A stretch of DNA of 61,302 nucleotides, counting the filler, from Hausera hauseri (lineage: Eukaryota): the NCBI GenBank assembly GCA_046269625.1. It is 13 parts of 13 records of this genome, joined end to end, with 100 filler letters (N's around TTAATTAATTAA, not from the genome) between each part and the next. Parts side by side here need not be neighbours in the genome. Positions count along the whole stretch, not along the records: positions 22,197 to 26,425 come from JBJURY010687772.1; positions 26,526 to 30,466 come from JBJURY010870848.1; positions 30,567 to 35,322 come from JBJURY010448468.1; 10 more parts are not named here. One strand, written 5' to 3'. Positions 23,830 to 35,422 of the stretch are shown here, one piece after another. The first letter of the stretch is position 1; each line of letters begins with the position of its first letter. The notes under the pieces are model-generated. The model worked only from the letters and a program-made list of their open reading frames with translations. It had not been told where the DNA came from and did no database searches. The position numbers and the translations under genes were made by a program.

Positions 23830-26201
23830 TAGGACTTTTCTCACGTCTTTCTTTGATAGTTAGAACGTCTGAAGGTATTCTCGTTTATTTTTCTTCAAAG
23901 TTTCTAGCATTGTTAACTTGAAGTCATTTTTGAGGTCTAATGCTAATGGAAAACTAGAAAACTTAGCCATAGTAATATTTCGATATGTTCCTTTTACAAC
24001 ATCGGCAGGTGAATTTGATAATATATTAGGGCCATATGGTTGTAAGTCTGCATAAATTTCTAAGTTCAAAGTATACAAGTTTTCACAATCAACTAAAGCA
24101 AAAATTTTTAAGCCATATTTCGCGGGTGTCGACGGAATATATTGACTGAAAGATCACCGACTTCTAAAAGCAACAAGTTGTTCATCAGTTGTTAAATTTC
24201 GTCCTGGAACAACTGCCTTTTTACAATTAGCTACAAACAACGTAAAAACTTCTCTTATTGCTGCTAGTTTGTCAGTTTTTCTTCGATCTTCACGAGAATT
24301 TATATCGTCAAATCGTAAACATCTCAAAAGAAAACAAAATCGATTATAAGTCATTGTGCAATATATGGCATCAATACCAGTACCATCCGTTTTCCAAAGA
24401 TCTTCTAAATTTTGTCTTCCTGATTTAATTACACCAAGGAAATATAACATACCAAATAAGGCTTTGATTTCAGAAATATCGGTACTTTTTGTATCTCTCT
24501 CTCTCATATTGATAGTTTGTTTTGACTTTATCTATATAAATATTTGTTGATTTTGTTATAATATCCATAATATCGTCACTAACGAATATTTTATAACATT
24601 CATGCTGCTTCATTTATAGGTCCTAGTTTATTTACAAAATTGTTGTGAACTTTAGTTCTCGTTTTGCGCGGGCATACTTTTTCCAAATAGTGGTTTTATC
24701 TTTTCCAATAAAAATTAAATCATTGTCTTCTTCATGCAAATTTGTCACTGTCATCGGAGCATTGTCACTGGAGTCTTGCTCTAACTGTGACAAATCACTT
24801 TCTTCTGCACTTTCTTCACAATAATCGCCGTCATCTTCATCAGGATCTAGTAAACCTAATTCTTCCTCTGTTTCAATCTCTTCCAACCACATTAACCATT
24901 GTTGTGAATCTATACTACCCATACTGAAGTATTAGATTATAAAATAATATAAAGTTTACACAGATTACGTAAAAAACAAATGTACTTACATAAAATTTCA
25001 CTATTAAACTGTGTATTCATAGGTCGCACGGATACACTCGTGTCCCACAATAGAAACTTTAGCTTAATTCGCTAATTGGAAATATATAACATACATCTAC
25101 ATACTATGCATGTAGTAACTATACAAAACTAAGATTACATAAGGTCCTGTCAAGACCTGTTAAAAACTAATTGCGCAATCACAAATTTAAGAGCGTTGGG
25201 ATACATATGTATACCGCGCGTGCAACGGAGGGTTAAACCAATCCAATTACCTAATTAAAAGTAAATGTTTAGTAATATATTCTACTCATTGCTTAAGATA
25301 TCTCTTTGCAGATGGTGCTGAGTTTCTAAAGAACAATTACTTTTCTTTATTCAGCACCAAACACTAAGGAGTTTACTGACAGAGGATGTTACGGATCATT
25401 TCTGATCATTAATCATGGAAAAGGATGTAAAATCCACTTTCAGAAAGTTTCCTCTGATTGTTCAAGGCTTTGGCACCCATACTGTTGTATTGTAGTGTGA
25501 ACTCTACCCAGCCTGGTCCAGGTAATGACATGCAATCATAATTCATATTTGAAAGTGTATCATTTAAAATCAGTATTTGTTTCAAGGCAAGAATGTCATC
25601 AATTTCTTTGTTTGATGTTTTCTTTGGGAATGGATTTTTGTTTTGCTTGGATGAAAAGAAAATTCATTTACCTTTGATCTTCCAAATGGTAGAAAAAAAG
25701 ACAAGAATATAAAAACTGAGCAAATTTAGTAATACTAGTTTTGTTTGATGTGACCCATGCCCATATGATTTTATATGCTCTTGTTTTTACGTTACTGTGT
25801 GTGATAACATATGTTTTAAATGTGATTTGAGATTATTTATAACATGTACATGGGATCAGATACAGTGCATATTGTATTACTTTAGTAATACTACTTTTCT
25901 ATTACTTTAGATAACTGCGATGGATAGACAGTTAGAACCAATTATCTTTCCAAATTAAATATATGTTCATCTAGTAATTTATGGTAATTAGATATGGAGC
26001 TAATCCAGTCTCATAAGGGGAGCGCGCAGAACAAGATTCGATCGAGCACATCAACATTCGAGCGAGGGAAAGCAAGATCTGCCCGCTTGTGAATTTGACT
26101 TTTGAGACTTTCACATGTGCAATGATGTGTTCAAGGCTGGTGAAAAGCTGGGAAATCCGAGCTGTACCAATTTACTGGGTTACTGGGTTACTGGGAAAAA
26201 A

Positions 26202-26425
26202 CACAGCAAAAATGCCGGTGTTAATTTAACACCCACAGTGTTCATTTCAACACCAACAAAGTGTCTATATGTGTCCACACTTGCTGGTGTTAAAATAACA
26301 TTTGTGATAGTGTTAAATTTTAACACCACTCAGTGTTTATTATTCAACAATATTGGGTGTCACATTAAAATTTCAACAGTGTTAAAACTAACACTACAGT
26401 ATTATTGTCAACCAAGGGATTTGTG
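26202..26425 (+). mobile_element. End of an EnSpm/CACTA-like non-autonomous element
   Basis: Starts CACAGCAAA, followed by repeated palindromes GTGTTAA-n-TTAACAC. Confidence 0.55.
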
Positions 26426-27429
26426 NNNNNNNNNNNNNNNNNNNNNNNNNNNNNNNNNNNNNNNNNNNNTTAATTAATTAANNNNNNNNNNNNNNNNNNN
26501 NNNNNNNNNNNNNNNNNNNNNNNNNTTACCAGTGAGAAAATGGATGAACGAAAGAAAGAGTGGCGGTTATTGTAAACCCTAAGTTGTAAAAATGACGGAA
26601 GACAGAAACCAACATTTAGTTTTGAGGGAGGAGCTGGCTGTTGTTTTGACCGATGATCCCTGGATCATGTGGGTAATTTAATGTGATTGTAAAAGATTTA
26701 TTGCTTTCTAACTTTAGCTTGGTAACTGTTAAAGATTTGTCATTTCCAAAACGCGCATTTTTAAAATTGTGAATCACTGGCTAAGTGACGCCAATTGTTT
26801 AAAATCCAAGTATACTGCATTCAAAATTTGCTTAGAATCATGTGACCACTTAAGGTTCGTAACATATCTGAGAGAAAATGTTTGCCTTTCGGATCATGAG
26901 AAAAGATTTTACAACGAATGCAAACACTACATTTATAACTGAATGGAAATACACATAATTATACGCATGAATCAATCGTAACGCAGAAAAAAAATGCGTG
27001 TCTGTGTTAGCTGTAACAAAAGAAATTTAATTTAAACTAAGTAGGTCGAAGGAATCAGACCAGACCCAGCGAGACCCTTCTTGCCTTCCAAACTGAAGCG
27101 TTCTGTGTCAGTTACCTATTTTCAACAATCCTGCATGAATGGTATTGTTGAAATCTGTAGATGAGCTTAGTTCTCAACTATTTCCTTTGTCGGCACCGGA
27201 AAAAAAAAAAAAAACCTCATCAACTTTATAGGCATAAGCCAGGTAAGAAAAACCTGGAAAAAAAACAAAGAACTAACCTGTAGACAAACATGATGTCAGG
27301 TAGAAATATGAGCAAGAAGTAAGAGATTAATACTGGATACCAATGGCAATAAGAACTTCACTGAATAGGAAAGATTTACAATGTTTGTACATGAATTTCT
27401 ATTTGTATTGTAGATCTCCATACCAAGCT

Positions 27430-27730
27430 TGGGAATTACTAGACGGTGGTTTCCTGTTGCCTTCCGTCCGGCCCTCTACGCACTAGTGCTAGCGCAGCAG
27501 GGGTTTGGAATCAGAGTTTTCCTTCTCCTAGATGAGCATCCTCTAGTAGCTAACGAGCCTCATCGACCTGAAGCATCTGGTTTTAAAGCGCCAGAAACTT
27601 TTCTTTCGCCCCTTCTCCTGTCGGTGAAAACATTTCCGTCGTGTGAAAGCCATAAGTTGGACTTGGATATTTTGAGGCAATATCTTTCGCCGGCCACTGA
27701 ACATTAGAGATAAATGGAGACACCAGGTAT
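27430..27730 (-). mobile_element. Probable RTE-clade LINE 5' UTR fragment
   Basis: Minus strand CTCATCTAGGAGAAGGAAAACTCTGATT and GGAAGGCAACAGGAAACCAC resemble RTE 5' UTR motifs (recalled, not searched). Confidence 0.4.
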
Positions 27731-28554
27731 CGCAAGAGATGGAGATCCATGATGACCTACGCCTCACAGCGTGTCACCTGAAGATGACAGTACAGGAGAT
27801 TAAAATGTATCTTTGAAATCAAAGAAAATTTGCCAACAGAAAAATCTGCTGAATAAAATTATACTGAACACACGTTTGGCAACTAAGGAATCAAGAAGAG
27901 AGATATTTAGGTAAAAACAAAATGCCAGCATAAGACTATACAAGTATTTATAACAGGCGAACAAACGTTTAGTAAGGATAGATGAAGTCGTAAAATTAAC
28001 AAGCAGAGAAAGGAGATGAAAACGGAAACGGGAAAAAAGACGAATGAAAATTCTAGCAAAATTAATTGTAAATAAAGAATAATAACCAGGGTAATCAACG
28101 TGGAAGCGCTAGAAGTAGAATATAAGATCAAAGGATAAAAAAAAAATAAATAAGAAGAAGAAAGAATAGGAGAGTAAGATATAAACCTAGTAACAGGCAG
28201 CAAGAGAAGAGGAAGGAGATGAAAAACGATGAATTAATGAGAGATAGTTCTGTAAAAACAGAGATGGCTGCATAGATATATCGATGCAACAGGTGATCAT
28301 AAAAATACAATATACCACAGTTAGAGAACCGCTGAAAACACGGAACAAACTACCACTGTACGAGGTCTTCATTACACTATGACTATCTGTCTGACACTTA
28401 AGACTGACTGATTACTTAACTGTTGCTGACATTAATAAACAGTAGTCGACAATCACCGCTGCTGCTTGACCGCACAATATCACTTTTATGTTTGACTATA
28501 GTGTGACTAATTATATGTGAAACACCATGTGACAAGTCATTCGGCTAATGCCGT

Positions 28555-28825
28555 AATTATGTATTGGCCTTTTCGTCTTGTCAGACGGTCTTGAAAGCAG
28601 AAAATGCTGGCTGCTGTCCTACTGAACAGCTTCTTTCATGGCTAAACTTACCAATGTTTGACTTACAGATTCTGCCACAATATGAACAGGTTACACCTGT
28701 ATTAATTTCTCCTGACTCTTTGCGTCTACATCTTTTGTCTTCAAGCTTGTTGAATAATGCGGTATCGAATGTTGTTGTACCTCTTCGTAGCGATGCCCTC
28801 CATGTCGAGCGATGAATAGATTCGT
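28555..28825 (-). mobile_element. 5'-truncated RTE-clade LINE 3' end
   Basis: Manual translation (absent from the ORF track): RSTWRASLRRGTTTFD..KLEDKRCRRK..CSYCGRICKSNIGKFSHERSC, then a short 3' UTR. Confidence 0.8.
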
Positions 28826-30566
28826 TTGCAGCAGGGGCGAGGTCAATTCATTCGACTCTAATTCTGACTCCGTTATTTCTGCTGCGTTCGACTCCAGCTC
28901 AGTATGCGAGACTTCTTTACTTATACTTTACATAAAATTGTTTATATACTAATTATACATAGTTTATATTTAATGTAAGCGCGCAGCATAAAAGAAAAAA
29001 ATGTTCCTCTGGAATCTTGTTTATAAATGAAGCGAAGAGTCACCCAAGAATAAAGATAAAAGGTAACATGAAAACAAAGAAAGAAATGCATTATAGTTGA
29101 GATCACACGCTGGGTAGAATAGAGATGCGGGGATCGGAGCATTTATAGATTTGTGAGGAGTGCAGTGATGATAATCCAGATCATAACTTATAACTCATAA
29201 GGAAATACATCACAAGGAAGCTTATATCGACGAGAGAGAGAAATGATCTGACGATGTATTTACACGCGTATTCTGTTACTACACTATAAATAGCACGCAT
29301 CAGTCAAAATGACCTATCAGATATTAACGTGTCTATTCATGAGATCATCGTTTAAGCCGGAACATCGGAAATTCAAAACTTGAACAATCCACAGCAGTCA
29401 ACTTAGGTGACAGATCCGGTCAAGGGATATAGTACGTGAAATCGTGGAGACATTACTAACAACCAGAGAGCGATCTACGAGGCGACGCGCGAGCTGTGGA
29501 ATATCCTACTTGTGGGATAGGTCTGGATAACTTGCGCAAAGGTGGGAAACTTCTGACGAAGACATTGAAAATGGTGTTTCTATTGCTTCTATTCTTTTAA
29601 CAACACTACGTCACTTCATCCGCCTAGGCCGAGTGTTCAGTGCACACGGCCAGAAACGGGTACCATGGTAAAACTTGAAAGCCAAAAGCGGAGAGAAACG
29701 TGGTGATGTCCCTGCTCCCAAAACCGAATCCTACAATAAGAAGGCATCGACACTTCATTCCCCTACGGCATTCATTAATGTTATGTGGGTGGTTGTGTAT
29801 GTCATTTCACGGTGATATTTATTTGTTTCCATTTTTTATTAGGTCTGAATGAAACATTACTGATTTTGTTTTCTATTTCAAAAGTGAGGTTTTTTTAGAA
29901 ACTGACATCATATACAGAGGCGTACCCGCTGAAATAGCGGTATAGGATCATGATTGAAACTACTTCCTTGTCCAATATATAATGTGACCATAGCTTAAAC
30001 TTAGAGATGCAAGTTAAGCTCATTAACCCTTTCTTTCGCAAATGTTATACTGGCACTTCGTGAAAACTACAGTTGTATTTTTCTTAGTTTTCCTGATGCA
30101 AATTGATCTATGATATGCGCAGTGTTATTTTTCTCAGCAGCGCAAGATCACACAGTCTGCCTTACTAATGGAGGCTTGCATACAGGGAAGTGCAGGCTTC
30201 ACCTTGTTCAAAGATCTCTCGTAGCTGGCAATAATAGAATAATAATGTGAAGATTCTGAAAGATAATCTGAAAGATAATCTGAAAGATAATCTCAACTCC
30301 GCATATATCATTACGTTCTAGAAGATCCTCCTGATTTTGCTATTGTCCCGACCAGATAGCAACGTTCTGAATATAAAATTCCTTTACATAGCTCCTGGCT
30401 ATCATAGCTATACGAAATGATAGAAATCTGCTTTGAGACAGTAAACACGAATGTGCAGGTAGGAATNNNNNNNNNNNNNNNNNNNNNNNNNNNNNNNNNN
30501 NNNNNNNNNNTTAATTAATTAANNNNNNNNNNNNNNNNNNNNNNNNNNNNNNNNNNNNNNNNNNNN

Positions 30567-31668
30567 CCACATATCGTTTTCCAGTAGTTTCATTAAACTT
30601 CAGTTCCTTAATTTTAATAAAGTTACAACCTTTTCCATAGGGATGTTTCCAGAAATCCACAACTACAACATTTGCTCCTAATCCTTTACCAGTATTGTAT
30701 TCGGCTTCATTACAGTGTCCATTGTGCATGTCTAATCTTCCGACCACTACTTTATATGCTGTAATTATCTTCCGTGGTTGTATTTCTAGTTCCATACTAT
30801 CCCATTTTAATCTTCCGGTCTCCTTAGCTTGATTACAGTGCTGACGCGCCAAATTCATTGATATCGGAGAAGTTGTTGCTTTTATTATAGAAAAATGTCC
30901 TTGCATTAGTTCACAGTAAAAAATGCTACGAGATCGTCTCAACATACACTCCATTCCATCTAATGATATCAATTCTTGTTGTTGGTACAGGAAGTAATTC
31001 TTCTCTCTTGTTTCTAACTTGTGCGGCCTGGAATCTTCGCATGCTTTTAGATCCATTAAAGAATATTTCTGTCCTAATTTAAATCTATCGCAATCGTAAA
31101 CGGTAATAGGGCTTATGTGCTTTATTAGCATCATCAAGGTGAGTAGACTGACTAGCCAATTTGATTCATTTTTCCGGTATCCTATATCCAATGTTGTCAA
31201 ATTTTGTAACATATTGTCGATTTTATTACCGGTCGTTCTACCTTCTTCTGTGTCAAACAGTCTTGACCAATTTACTTCGCCGGGCAATCTTCTTGCTGAT
31301 TTTCGCGCTAAGCTTATGGTTCTATTGATTTGATTCTCTCGATTAGGGTTTATTTTGATAGCTAAGTATAGCAATACTTTTCTCAATTCCTCGTTGGTGT
31401 TTTCTACCATGATCTTTTCGATTACCGCTTCATCGGTTAAATTACTCTTCGATAATTTAAAACGTGAACTTCTCATCATTTTAGCTGCATTGAAAATTAT
31501 CTTTTCTTTGTCATCTAATACATAACCTCGGAGGCTTGAATAATTTACGATTATTATCAATTTCTTTATTAACTCGCTCAATTTCTCATTGTTTGTACTG
31601 AAAGTCGGAATCGATATCTGTCTTAGTTCTCTAATTAATTCTCCATTATAATCGACTTCCTCTCGCAT
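30567..31668 (-). CDS. Env-like ORF with chuvirus-type (class III-like) fusion glycoprotein N-terminal region
   Basis: Hydrophobic signal-like WLVSLLTLMMLI then ITVYDC..YSLMDLKAC..LYQQQE..MECMLRRSRSIFYC..GHFS..HC..AKETG..GHCNEAEY; this Cys spacing matches chuvirus-type glycoproteins; truncated by the contig end. Confidence 0.72.
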
Positions 31669-31699
31669 CTTATAGGCCTACCGACTGGTCGTTTCGGCC

Positions 31700-33950
31700 T
31701 TGGCCCTTTTGTTGTTATTTCATCCAGTTGTACTAAATTTATGTCGTATTATTCCTTATCTTCATCCGTTTTTAAATATTCGAAATACATTGCAGCATCT
31801 CGTACTCCCATGATTTGTCCTACGCATTGTTCCGTCTTGGCTTTACGTGTGGCTTCTTTTGTCTGTTCGTTAGCTATTATTACTACTACCCGATTTCTTT
31901 CGTAAGGGATAATCCCGACATCTATTAGTTGTTCTAGGTCGTCGAGTATTCTATCGCTCAAGTAAAATCTATAATATAGCTCATTTGTTCCGCAATTGTT
32001 TAACTACTATTCTCTTACGTCCTTTACATAGGAATATGTAGTTAACACACATTTCTTTTCGTTCATCCACTGGGACGATACCATTACTTTCATCGTTATT
32101 TCAGGTTTATCCCACAAGGTTTTAGTGTATTTCCTTATCAAAAGTTTCGGCACCGTGCTATAAATCGTATTCTCGCTAGATAATTTAGTTAATGTCGGAA
32201 TAAGTTGTCTTAACTTACTTTCGGTAATGTTTTCGTTAATTAATTCTATTAAATCCTTTTCAATTAGCGGTGAATCCAGGAGCATCTCCACGTCGAACCT
32301 CCTGTCCTGTGGACAGGTTTCTATCTCGCTTAGTTGCACAGGAGTTACGGGTTTTTCAGCAAGTATTGCGTCGAAATACGCATCCCATTCGGGTTCGTTT
32401 CCAGCATCTGGAAGTCCGTAGTCTACTAAGGCTGTATTCGTTCTTTGAACATTTTCTCGCTCTCTGCGAATTCTTTCTTACGGCTTTCCACTAATTTGCT
32501 TAATCGCACTACTAATTCGAACCATTTCGATAGTTTATTAGCGATTATTGGCTTTGCCATTATGGCCTTATCTAGCATCATATATGCATCTTTTAACTCA
32601 TCGTCTGGCCCTCTTAGGAAATTCATAATCCGGCCGATATAACTAAATTTATTCTCATATTCATCCAATTCTACGTTACAAGCCTTTACTACGTATTTGG
32701 TTTCTTCGTTATCTGGAGGCATAACTCGGTTTCTCAAACTATAAATTTGTGTTGGCTTTTCATTTTTCATTTTGATTCGATTTTCTAGATTCGTGAGCTG
32801 TTTGGGTTCATCAGAAGCGATTTTTATCATCTCTATTAAGGGAGGAATATCTATTCGGTCTATGCCCAATATTTCTAAATCGATATTACTTCGATTACTG
32901 ACCGATTTTTCTCTTAGTCGATTAATCATCGCACAACAAATTTCGTCCATCATACGCTCTAAATTGCGTACTACTCTCTTCAGTTTTTGGTTTGCTTCTA
33001 AGGTAGATAATAGTGTTTGAGCTTTAGCGACTTTACGTCAACGCTATCTTCGTTTTTACTCCCACCTTCCGAAATGTCGACTTCACTTTTAATCCATGAT
33101 TCTAATTCATGTTTCCATTTTAACAATGTTTCAGGTGATACCCCTTCAGGTTGTCCTAAGTCGATGGCTTCCTCAAGTTTTCCTTCACTACACAATTTCA
33201 AACTTTTGTATAGCCTCTCAGCATATTGTTGTTCTTTTCCGGATATGTCCACTTGCTCACTAATCTGTTTAAGCCTTTCTAGATTTCGCTATAATATTTC
33301 TGGGTCGTGACACCTAATTCTCATTTTCTTTAACTCATCGGCGTTTTTCCACGAATGTCGAACTTTCCATATTTTGGATCAAAATCCATAATATTTTCCG
33401 TGTCTTCCTCGCTAATGGGAAGTCGGCAAATTTCGTTAATTTTATTAATTGGCTATGTAGATTCTTTTACCTCGATAGGTATGAATGGATCAATTTCCGG
33501 CGTATTTAAACTACATTTTACGTCGCTTTCTGTAACAATATTCGTATTTTTCGTTTCTTCTATTTTCTCTCTAGTTACTTGTTAGCGTGAACAACTTCTG
33601 CGTTTTGTTTTTAGTGAAAGGCTACGGTCTGTATTTCTCGTAATTTTATGTATTAATGGTTCCATAAATTCCTTTTCTACTGCATCGTCATCAGTAGATT
33701 TATCTACTTTTTTAATTGTGAACTCAGGTTCTGCATATAGGTCGACTTCTGTCGAAGTTCCTGGTTTATCAGATAGTTTATTGCTCGTCGGAACATTTTT
33801 TTTCGTGCCATATCAATTCGCTTGGGTTCTATTGCACGTTCGTATTCAGTTTCTGGTTCTGCTAAACCATGGTACACTTCTAATAGTCTCAGTTTATCTC
33901 CAAATTTTTTTCTAGCCATCAAATTTTGTGGATTAATAGTCTTAGGCTGA
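31700..33950 (-). pseudogene. Fragmented long ORF of unknown function between gag and glycoprotein
   Basis: Successive same-strand ORF pieces (33704-33922, 32998-33252, 32426-32953, 32007-32339, 31749-31961), charged and helical-looking, with no pol motifs. Confidence 0.55.
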
Positions 33951-33954
33951 GCAT

Positions 33955-35293
33955 CTAGAAATCTTCGTAAGTCTTGTATGTCGATGATAGTACTGTATCT
34001 CCACGAATCCCATAGTTTGCTTCTAAAATTTTGTTTACTCTGATCATACTAGTCTTATTGGGCTCAGTAAATGAAACGCTACGTGAATTTGGACATGATC
34101 TTGAAATATGTCCTTCTTTTCCGCAAGTGAAACAAGCTAAATTCCCATTTCTGCCGACTCTTTGTCGACCGTCTTCGTTCACAAATGACTTAGACCTATT
34201 TGTACTTTTATTATACTGCTTCTACAAACTTTGAGTATTATCTGCATTTCTTCGATTGTCATTATTTCGGTTATCACTATTGCGATAGTTAGGGCCTTTG
34301 TAGTTCCCTCTATTCCTATCCCAGTTGAAATCCGATCTGTTCATACCCCGTTCATCAGTATAGTTATTACCTCGGCCATTTCTGTAACTGATATTGTTAT
34401 TTCTATTCCCGTAATTCCCATTACCCATAAATCGTCTATCATTTCTTTCACGATTGTCGTTCCGATTTCTGTCATTGCAGTCATTTCGATCATTATTCCT
34501 ATCGTTTCTATCGTTGTTTTTGGCGTATCTATTGAGTGCCATTTCTAAGTCTTGAGCTAATTGCAGAGTTCCTTCAAAATTTTCCGGTCTAGCCAAGATC
34601 AGTTGTTTAAGTATATCTTGTGACCAAATACCATGGATTAATTGAGTCGTCATCATAACGTCTAGATCGGGCGGTGTCGCCTTTTCTGCGGCATCGCGTT
34701 CCGCATCTGTTTAATGCGAATGCAAACCGGGTTACTGATTCACCCCTTTGCTGTACTCTATTCTGAAATACCATTTGCTTCTGTTGTGGCGTTACGGTTG
34801 GCAACAGTTTACGATTTAATGCTCCTACTAGGAAGAACCAAGATTTCTTTTCGTCATTAGTAAGCTCACTATAAGTGTCGGCGGCTAAGTTTTTCAAATA
34901 CAATGACAAGCGTTCAGTCATTACTTCAGAAGTAAGACTAGCACCTTGTGCGTGCAATTTATAAGTTCTCAAGAATTTGTTAAGCCCGTTCGGGTCACCA
35001 TCGTATGCCGGCATGTTCAGAGAGTAAAAGGTAAATATGTCCAGTTTCTGCGCTACTGGTGGATTATTTGCTGCCATATTAGTTACGTAATTTATTTCTA
35101 AATTTGCTTTATTAACTTTATGTTTCTCAAGTGGAATTTTAGATTGCTCGACGGCGTCTAATTTGTTTCTATTCTCTGAATTTGAACGTTTATCTATTTT
35201 TGTGCATCTGTATTTATTTCTACGTGTTTCACATATAGGTGAGTTATCTTTTAGTACACGGTTTGCTTTTGAGTTACCAATGCTCGTTCTCAA
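33955..35293 (-). pseudogene. gag: Retrotransposon gag (capsid, N/R/D-rich linker, CCHC knuckle)
   Basis: PAYDGDP..FLRTY, LSLYLKNLAADTY, RVQQRGESVTRF, QLIHGI, CFTCGKEGHISRSC. Confidence 0.9.
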
Positions 35294-35422
35294 ACGAAGT
35301 TTGCGTTACTTATCTATGCTCANNNNNNNNNNNNNNNNNNNNNNNNNNNNNNNNNNNNNNNNNNNNTTAATTAATTAANNNNNNNNNNNNNNNNNNNNNN
35401 NNNNNNNNNNNNNNNNNNNNNN

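Larger units (their letters stand above)
22197..25232 (-). mobile_element. piggyBac (PGBD4-like) transposon, 5' end intact, interrupted by a mariner
   Basis: TTAA|CCCT terminus at 25236-25229; DKLAAIR, TDEQLVAFRSR, KYGLKIF, KPQMILDYNKSKYGV; stops and frameshifts. Confidence 0.93.
30567..35322 (-). mobile_element. Retroelement-like unit: gag - unknown ORF(s) - viral glycoprotein; no pol visible
   Basis: See the component features; all are co-oriented on one contig. Confidence 0.7.

Noticed and set aside
25400-25700. Possible host exon on the minus strand (..PGPGWVEFTLQY..)
   Set aside because: Contains a downstream stop, has no convincing splice pair and shows no recognisable domain.
27907-28372. 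Hydrophobic minus-strand ORFs as membrane proteins
   Set aside because: By-product of an A/G-rich low-complexity plus strand.
30255-30295. (CTGAAAGATAAT)x3 short tandem repeat
   Set aside because: Ordinary slippage duplication with no associated structure.
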